DNA of 64,000 nucleotides from Eledone cirrhosa (taxonomy: Eukaryota): the NCBI GenBank assembly GCA_964016885.1, contig OZ024743.1:248992001-249056000 (forward strand). The letters run 5' to 3'. The position numbers were made by a program, and so were the translations under genes. Positions 26,058-64,000 of this stretch are shown here, piece after piece (within the stretch, counting starts at the first letter, position 1; each line of letters opens with the position of its first letter). The notes under the pieces were generated by a model that had not been told where the DNA came from, ran no database searches, and saw only the letters and a list, made by a program, of their open reading frames with translations.

Positions 26058-26091
26058 TCACATGATTGAAAGCCATGTGTCACGTGACACA
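26058..26091. promoter_or_regulatory. CLEAR element (GTCACGTGAC) plus M-box-like TCACATGA in the protease promoter/5' region
   Basis: Perfect palindrome TGTGTCACGTGACACA at 26076-26091 and TCACATGA at 26058-26065, 58-91 bp upstream of the protease ATG. Confidence 0.65.
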
Positions 26092-26477
26092 GATCGCGTA
26101 TAATTAAGGACAGTAAATTATCTATAATAGCCGAATGTCTTATGACGATAAAAAAAAATACTAAATAAATTGAAGAAACAAAGAATTATAGGCAAAAACA
26201 CCAAACAAAACAATAACAACACAGTGTTGTATTCATATACATACTATAGTAATGACAGAATCACAGAATAGAAACAAGAAACCTGATCTATATAGTTTCT
26301 CAAAGAAAAAGAAAATCTTTAACTGATGTTTTCAAATGGTGTTACAGTTTAAAAAATATATATATACAATACTTAATGAATACTTCTTACAGAATGAAAA
26401 TATAAACATATAATAAATACAATTAAATTAAACTAATGCACAAAAATATATGATCAAAGAGAGAAAAAAACATCAAT

Positions 26478-27137
26478 TCACCACCAAGTGCATCAGTCAC
26501 ACATCACACATCACAAAGGTCAACGAAAGTTTTTGAGGCAAGCCAACACCCTTGCAACATTACCGTGAGTGATGGCAAGGCTAAGGTGCTGAAACAACCA
26601 GGCACCCTCATGGGCATCATCTCGGGAAGGTGAGTCTCCCATGATGACAAGAAATTTGTTGTCAGTGGCTCAGTTCCACCAAATGTCTCAAACACCACAG
26701 GCTGGAAAAAATAGTTATTTGATAGTTTCCGGTATTTTAGGATTTTATTTCGTTCAGCAACTGAAGCAATGATCCTTACCTTCATTTTGGCATCCCAGAT
26801 GAGACATCTGCCTCTTACCTAGTGACAAATTCTGGATAACCCAGTCAGCTTCAGAACTGAGGGGATGTTTACCTGAGTTATGATCAGGTTTAGTTCGGTG
26901 TGGTGGGTGAAGCGACTAGCATTCATGTGGCAAGACAAACTACAGAGGCCTGTGGAGTCAAGAGGCCAAGCACAGCGACATTTCAGACCCCAACAGACAT
27001 TAGCTTCCACTTGGAGTGAAATGGAGATGCAGAGCTCATCCAGACTAGCATGTTGGCCACAGGCAGGGCATCAATCCAGTCCACTGAGAATTTTGTGCTT
27101 ACAGAAACTCAGCGACACCTTAAAAATTGATCAGAAA
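26478..27137 (-). mobile_element. CRE-like element, copy 2 (frameshifted)
   Basis: [27 protein letters not shown]; colinear with copy 1 and sharing both ends. Confidence 0.8.
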
Positions 27138-27704
27138 GAAATGTTTAGCTTTCCACATACACCTTTATTCTGAATCACACTGTGTTAGTGCCATTGCTAA
27201 TTGAAAACTATCATTCATTCTATTGATTAAAAACAATGTTGAAATAATCAATTAATTATTTCTAGGAACCTTATAAATATACTACACAAAAATATATAAT
27301 CAAAGCTCTTTATTTAGAAATTTCAGTTTATTTCTCCAAAAGTCAAAAAAAGAACTTTCACATTATTGGGATGAACTAATGAGATTTAACATGTAACTTT
27401 TTAATAATCTTGTGATTGTGGGGAGGTTAAGAATTTTTTTATCAATTTCATAACATAGGTTCAGGGCCATGTTATTTAAAAGGTTGACTAAACTTAAGCC
27501 TAGGGGTTCTACAGGTACAAGAGGTTCATCAATATTTGCTGTAAAAGATTGAAGTGCCAGAGGGGGCCCAAAATAGATAGCCAAGGTTGTCAATTCTGAA
27601 GTTTAAATAAAGCATGAATCTGTATGTGTGCATGCGTGTGTTTTCATCATGCATCTCAGAGTGGTAAATCTGCTTAATCTGGTGATTTTATTTTTTGAGG
27701 TTGT

Positions 27705-28390
27705 TAAAAGAAACTTCCTGAAGTGTCTGCATTTGTTGACAATTACAGATCTGACATTTAATTAGTCATTGTTTGTTGAGATTCATTTATATGAAATTCT
27801 TTTCAAAATTACATAAGCTGCAGCTTCTTGATACATGTATGTACAGCTTGCATTAATTTTCCTATGGATGTTGAATTTACACTCATTTTTTTATAGTTGG
27901 ATAGTTTAGTGACATTTGTTTTCTGTATGGTCTAAAGCAAAATATATGACTGAAACAGTGATACTTGGCTTTAACTTCTGTCATTCTGATATAATGATTA
28001 CTCTTGGTATCTTTGATGATTGCCATACTGTTGCTTGATTTTTTGTTTCTGCATGAGCTATTTCCCTTTGTTGGTTAGTTGGGTTTATTTTCATGTTTCT
28101 TGTACAATTATATTGAAGAAATCTTTATTTGACGATTAAGTTAGAGATTCTTCTACCAATATTTTTGACTGGAATTTTTGTTAAGTTACATGAACCTTTT
28201 GTATCATTTCATATAGGACTTATGCTTATCTGTATTTAGAGTGTATGTAACATCTAAAAAGTTGATTGTATTCATGTTTGAGGAGATTGTCATTTAAAGC
28301 CTAAATTGCTGAACATGCTAATTAAGTCTAATCTATATTTGCACATTATGCAAATCAGCCTGGTCATTTGTGTTGGACATAAATAGCAAT
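27705..28390 (-). mobile_element. Penelope-like element relic (RT thumb plus GIY-YIG region)
   Basis: Minus strand reads TISSNMNTINFLDVTYTLN..KSY, then YYI.MTE..TKLSNY..SCSLCNFEK..LNVRSVIVNKCRHFRKFLL across frameshifts. Confidence 0.65.
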
Positions 28391-28542
28391 TTGTGCTTTT
28401 TTCACATTGAGGCTCATAATTTGAAAACTGTAGTTAAACCTACAATAAATTTATTTTAGATTTTGTAATTTAAGCTTTGTAATACATAAATATTACATAT
28501 CCTCCTCCTCATCGTTTAACATCCATTGTCCACGCTAGCATA

Positions 28543-29736
28543 ATGAGGTTTGGCTGAAAAGTTTATTGAGAGATACTCTCTCATGGAATGTAACCAAATG
28601 ATGTTTATTTTTCAACATAGTCCCCTTTGTGGTTCACACATTTCTTTCATTAGTGTTGCAGTGCTTGGATCCCATTGGTGAAGAGCTTTCAGCCTGTTGG
28701 TAAAAAAAAGTCATCAACAGCAGATATGACATCATCATCTCTGTGAGACTGAATCTTAGCCAAGTGCTTTTTCATGTTGAGGAACAGATGATAGTCAGAT
28801 GGGGCCAAATCAGGAGAATAAGGTCAATGATCAACTAGTCCAAAGCCACAGTCACACACAACAGTCATTGAAACCAAGAACCTGTGTACTGGAGCATTGT
28901 CCTGATGAAACCAAAACACTGTCATCAGTTTTCTTGGGCATTTGGTCTTGATAGCCTTTCGTAACTGCCTCAGAAAGTTGGCTTAGTATTCTCCATTGAT
29001 GGTGTGGCTCTTTTGAAGATAGACTATAAATACAATACCTTTTGCATCTTCAAAAACTGAAGCCATCAACTCCCCTGTAGATGAAATGACCTTGGTCTTT
29101 GGAGCAGGTGAGGAGGGGTGTTTCCACAGCATGGACTGTCTCTTTGTTTCTAGCTCAAAGTGATGAACCCAACACATATTCTGGGTTAGGAAACGTTCAA
29201 GGAAACCAGCTGAATCTGCCTCAAGCAATGTCAGATTTTCCTGTGATGTGATCAGCCTCTTGCACTTTTGATCAGATGTCAGAAGGCATGGCACCCACCG
29301 AGCAGAAACCTTCGCCATGCCAAGTTCATTGTGCAGAATATTCTCAACCCTCTCATGGGATATCCTAATAACATTGGCTATTTGATTTATAGTCAATTGC
29401 CGGTCATCCATCACCATATGGTGAGCACGATTAATGTTTTCCTCAGTGGTGGCAGTTGCAGGATGTCCAGACCTTTGGTCATCTTCAAGAGTTTCCCTTC
29501 CTCTCTTAAATTCAGCTGTCCGATTTGCACTGTTGATAAATCTGGAGCCCTAATGTAGCAACCATGTCAGCATGTATGTCCTGGGGGGCTAAACCCTTTT
29601 TCTGCATTGATAACACCACTGGAAAGAAACAATGTAGTTATTAATAAGAAGAGTTGCAATTAACACATGCAAGATTTCACAGCTCTAACATCACTCCTTC
29701 ATAGTCAACCTATAGAATTTTCAGCACACCCCTCGT
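28543..29736 (-). mobile_element. Mariner DNA transposon, near full length, decayed transposase
   Basis: DRQLTINQIA..ILHNELGMAKVSARWVP..WVHHFELETKRQS..MASVF..TINGEY; imperfect TIRs atgaggtttggctgaaaagtt / aattttcagcacacccctcgt. Confidence 0.88.
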
Positions 29737-30016
29737 CATCACCATCATCATCATCCTCATTTTACGTCCACTTTTCCTTGCTTGGAGGATAGGCTGAGAT
29801 ATATATATATATATACATAATGAATACATTTATTCATTCTATATATGCTCTGTGATGTCGTAAAACTACTATAACTGGAAATTTACAAATTGGATTAAAC
29901 TCTGAACTGTTTTTTGCCAATCTTACTGTGAATAATAAAATCACATTCAAACTTTGAATATATCTCTCTGTCTTATATAGTTTTATTATCAACTCATCTG
30001 ATCTACCTTATATATA

Positions 30017-30078
<62 letters not shown>

Positions 30079-30124
30079 CATATATATATATATATACAAA
30101 CAAACATTTTGTTGTTTTCCAATT

Positions 30125-30634
30125 TGAACTGGAATGAATTGTATCAACGTTAATGCACTGAAACCGTAGTGATTTCCAGAGGTTGACTGAGGAGACGGGA
30201 CTGTTCATCTTTCCATTGTTTTTTTTCCATTGTCTTTGTCCTCTGAACTCCCTATTTTGCTTTACTCATGCAGGCTTTTTTTGAAACTATCATATAATAG
30301 GCATCACACCGTCTGGCTTGTTTTCCTCTATTCTCTCTTCTTTCCTTTTCTATGCCTCAGTGTCCTTCTTTGTCTGCACGTTGGACTTCAGTCTTATTCT
30401 CTTCTGTTTTACTATCTCTCTCCTTTCTATAATTTTCTCTTTTGGCTAAGCCCTTGTGCACTCTATACTTGTGTAATTTGCCTAAATGCATAACTTGTCT
30501 CGGCCTGTTTTGTTGTATCCGAATGTGCACTGGAATGAACTGACCTTAATGCACTGAAATTGTAGCAATTTCTAGAGGTTGACTGGGAGATGAGACTGTT
30601 CATCTTTCCATTGTTTTTTCCATTGTCTTTGTCC
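30125..30634. repeat. Two ~110-bp direct repeats (~30128-30243, ~30527-30634); a third copy at ~21358-21470
   Basis: Shared ctggaatgaa..taatgcactgaaa..gtagtgatttccagaggttgactg..gggactgttcatctttccattgttttttccattgtctttg. Confidence 0.75.
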
Positions 30635-30692
30635 TGTGTGCTGCCTCAATTGAATATAAATATATATATATATATAAACCCATGGCATTGCA

Positions 30693-30908
30693 TTAACTCT
30701 TTAGCATTTAAACCGGCCATATCTGGCTAGAATTCTCTCACCTTTTTCTGTTCAAACTGGCTGTTACTGGCCACTCATACTGATGTTAAGGTATTGTTCT
30801 TAAAATAAATAATATCAAAATCTCATAGATTCTATATTATGTGAGGTAAAGCCATTACCATGACAATATGATAGTAAATATAGAGTAATATAAATGCTAA
30901 AGGGTTAA
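30693..30908. mobile_element. piggyBac-type MITE, family 1
   Basis: TTAActctttagcattta...taaatgctaaagggTTAA; the empty TTAA site is visible in the paralogous flank at ~31976-31986. Confidence 0.85.
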
Positions 30909-31083
30909 AAAGTAGAAATGTGGAATGTTCATAATTGTAAGAAAAGTATGAAATAGTGTTCATATAGTTATTAAATTCTGCACATTCATTCATTATTGCT
31001 ACTCAGAGTTTTGTGAATCTGCTTTTTAATCCAACTCCTCCTCCTCTCTCTCTCTCTCTCTTTCTCCCCCTCTGTTTATGTAT

Positions 31084-31115
<32 letters not shown>

Positions 31116-31147
31116 TCATTTTACGTCCGCTTTTCCCTGCTTGCAAG

Positions 31148-31196
<49 letters not shown>

Positions 31197-31197
31197 C

Positions 31198-31952
31198 TGT
31201 TAGCTACAACAGATCTTTCCCTTAAAATGAAGGGCAGATTGTACACTGCATGTATACGAACAGCAATGTTACATCGTAGTGAGACCTGGGCACTGTGCGT
31301 GGAGGACCTGCGAAGATTGGAAAGGAATGATGCATGCATGCTCCGATGGATGTGTAATAGTAATATACATGTACAGCAAAGCGTAAATGAACTGAGAGAG
31401 AACTTAAGCATAAGAGGGATCAGATGCAGTATGCTAGAGAGGAGATTGCATTGGTATGGTCATGTGATGTGTATGACGGATGACAGCTGTATAAAAAAGT
31501 ACAGGGTGGTCAAAATTGATGGAAGCTATGCGGTAGGAAGACCTGGGATGAGGTGATAAAAGCTGACCTTGCACAATTCTACCTCTCAAAGACGATGACA
31601 CAGAAGACATGCCTTCCCATGCACAGACTCAAACATACATCTAGTAGGCACCTCTTAACTACTATACCCCACTTCCATACATCCCCACGCCCCTGCACCC
31701 ACTCACTTCTGTCCACACCACTCTTCCACTATAAAGTTGGTATCACAAAAAAAGCACCCAGCCCACACTGTAAAGTGGTCATGTAAAGCACGTACTGGTT
31801 GGTGTTAGGAAGGGCATCCAGCAGTAGAAATCTAGCCAGAAACAGTTCTATATGAGCAAGACACGGTCACCTGACCCAACTAGCCTGAATGGGACAACCT
31901 GTCTAACCCATGCTAGTGATAAATGAACATTAAACGATGGTGATCATAATGA
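31198..31952 (+). mobile_element. 5'-truncated RTE-type element, copy C
   Basis: [34 protein letters not shown] plus the common tail. Confidence 0.85.
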
Positions 31953-32164
31953 TATATATATAAACTCACGAAGTTGCATTAAAAAGTGGAAACGTGCGGA
32001 CGTTCATAATTGTGAGGAAAAAAATACTAAATAGAGTTAATATATTTATTAAATTCTGCTATCTCATTCATTATCGCTACTCAGTGTTTTGTGAATCCTC
32101 CTTTTAATGCAACTCCTCCTCCCCTTTTGTCTCCCCCCCCCCCCCCTGCGTATGTATGTATGCT

Positions 32165-32195
<31 letters not shown>

Positions 32196-32355
32196 TGTAA
32201 CAGTAATCCTTTAAGTATTTTAAAAAATTGACTTATAATTTGACATTATTCAGATGATAACAAATTTGATATTTTTGTATTCTCATACGAAACTAAATAA
32301 CTAAATCGAATTGTATATAATATTATGTGAACAACTTTGTAATGTGTGTGACAAA

Positions 32356-61835
<29,480 letters not shown>

Positions 61836-62803
61836 ATAGTTAATTTACTCAGCAGAATGAGACCATTTTTCTGTGGTTATGTGTTGCGGTGAAAGCTATG
61901 AAAAGTTGGCAATGAGGGTTACAGATACTGTTACCACAGTCAGTTGTTGCATCCGTTGGTTGCTTCTTCTCTATGTTACCTCACTTCTCTACCATTCACA
62001 GCTTCTACAGTCTGGATTTCTTTGTGTTGTGAAGGTTCACAGGGAGAGAGAGAGAGAGAAACTATTGCTTGTGGACTTGCTTCAAGCACTGGAAGGTTGC
62101 TACTTTCCAATTTACCCATAATCTACTACTTTGACAGTAATAAGTTAACTACACAAACTCACATAACATCTTTCCAACCTTTAGACATTAATGCTCAGAC
62201 AAAACATACATACACCCTAAAAGCTCTGAGTTTTTTTTAAAAATAAAATAATAACTTTCTTATTCTTGTTATTTTCAAATTATTCACATATATATATATT
62301 TAAATTTAAGAAAATTAATAAAGAGAGGACAAGACAACAAACGGAAACAAAGCAAAACGAAAATCAATTTTTTAAGGGAAAATCTTTAAAAATTATAAAA
62401 AAAAAAAAAAAAAAATGCAAACAAAGGACACATAACTACAGGGTTGAGATGGACTTTGGCAGTTTCAACCTCCTACCAATGGTACTGCTGGTCCACCTGG
62501 AGTCACAGCATCTGACACAAGCTAAACACTGTCCAGTGGAATAAGAGACGAGAGACAAAACACACACACACATATATATTTTATTTTTTATCATTTATTT
62601 TGTTTTGAGCTGTTTAGCTTGATTTGGTTTTTGGCTTGGGTGGTTAATGCCTTCTTGACCACCTTTTCAGTTTTGTATGGCTTCTTAACACATTGTTTAG
62701 CTCTGGTTTTTAACTATTGAGCACTTTGCCAGTATCATTTCTGATTTTTGCGTTTCGCTTCGCTTTTCCTGCCCGCTGAAATGCGATTCTCGCTGAATCT
62801 TTA

Positions 62804-62850
<47 letters not shown>

Positions 62851-63039
62851 GCCAGCATTAACTTTGGAGGCATACTTTCTGAGCTTTTTCAGGAGAAAAT
62901 GATGTGAAACCTTGATGCACCTACTCTCTTTGCAAGATATTTTGTTGCCATGCTCTGTCGTGCTTTCCAAAACAACAATAAAGGAATATATGTAAGATAT
63001 CTTAATACAAGAAATATCTTTCATGGAAATTTTGAGCAA

Positions 63040-63570
63040 AGAGTTCACCTCACTAATAAGAGTTTGCTGATGACTGTGACCTTGTCAGTCATACTGAGTA
63101 TGGATTGCAATTGTTGATTTCTGCATTTGATTCAGCATGTGATATCTTTATCTTGACTATAACTTTAAATAAAATGGTAGTTTTGTGTCAACCTGCACCT
63201 GGACAAGTTGTGCAACAACCTAAAATGTATGTAAAAGGTAATCTTCTTAAGGTTGTTGAATCCTTAATATACTTTGGGAGTGTAGTGAATAAAGATGGAA
63301 CATTGGATTCAGAAATATCTCTAAGGATTCAAAAGGCAGTGAAATATTTTGGTAGTTTTGTCTCAGGTTTGGTCACAAAGACATCAAGAATCAAACAAAA
63401 ATATGTTTATAGATCCTTTGTTTTATCTCCTCTCTACTCTTCTGAAACTTGGAATCATTACAGGAGTCTAAAGTGATATTTGTAACATGTTCATCAAAAA
63501 TGCTTATGCTATATTCTGAAAATAAAATGGAATTCATTCACTCCTAACTAATGTTCTAGCTGCATCTGGT
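63040..63570 (+). mobile_element. Degenerate RTE/BovB-like RT fragment
   Basis: FADDCDLV..LQLLISAF..LKVVESLIYFGS..LDSEISLRIQKA..LYSSETW. Confidence 0.75.
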
Positions 63571-63619
63571 TTTTGTTCCATCCAGCCAATACTTTTAAAA
63601 AACCAACTGCATTACTTCT

Positions 63620-64000
63620 GCAATACAACATGCTACCAGTTAACTCAATCTTGTGTCATCTTCTTGAGGTCAACCTTCACCACATCATTCCATGTTTTCC
63701 TGGGTCTTCCCTTTCCATAGTTTCCATCGACTTTGAGTGCTCTATATTCATTATGCAGCTGCAATCCTCCATATGCATCAAATATCCATACCATCACAGT
63801 CTCCTCTCATGCATACTGCATCTGATCTCTCTTATGTGAAGTCTTTCTCTCAGCTCATTGATGCTTCTTCCTTCATGTACACTATTTTTACATATTCATT
63901 GGAGCATACTTACTTCATTTTTTCCAATCTTTGTAAGTCTTTTATACATAAAATCTAAGTCTCACTTCCATGCAGTATTTCCATTTACATACAAGCATCA
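63620..64000 (-). mobile_element. RTE-type element 3' fragment running off the window
   Basis: Minus strand ERRL*WYGYL..KGRPRKTWNDVVKVDL. Confidence 0.65.

Noticed and set aside
28983-29417. SETMAR-like domesticated gene
   Set aside because: Stops and frameshifts on both sides, TIRs present, no SET domain; a dead mariner.
32311-32355. ORF-track start for COPS6 at 32311
   Set aside because: This is a TTG codon; the first ATG in good context is 32356.
62420-62560. Possible hammerhead ribozyme on the minus strand
   Set aside because: GAAAC is present but no CUGANGA core or consistent stems could be identified.

Overview
AT-rich, intron-rich animal genomic DNA. The repeat content (tRNA-derived SINEs, RTE-tail elements, (TA)n/(CAT)n microsatellites) looks like an octopod cephalopod, which is an inference. 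Three host genes can be built from the sequence. (1) The 3' part of a DEX1-like FG-GAP/beta-propeller membrane protein sits in one uninterrupted >=1.67 kb exon (+, 1-1674, open at the window edge). (2) A complete 10-exon S28-family serine carboxypeptidase (PRSS16/K12H4.7-like, 503 aa) lies on the minus strand (26000-6670), with a perfect CLEAR/E-box palindrome about 80 bp upstream of its ATG. (3) A complete 10-exon COPS6/CSN6 gene (322 aa, +, 32356-61835) is transcribed divergently from the protease. Introns and spacers hold RTE, CR1, CRE-like (RLE) and Penelope retroelements, a mariner, TTAA (piggyBac-type) MITEs, a non-autonomous Helitron nested in one of those MITEs, SINEs, and several perfect fold-back palindromes. 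No CRISPR, rRNA or genuine tRNA was seen. Most short ORFs in the track are spurious. Identity figures are eye estimates, and repeat boundaries are approximate unless stated.
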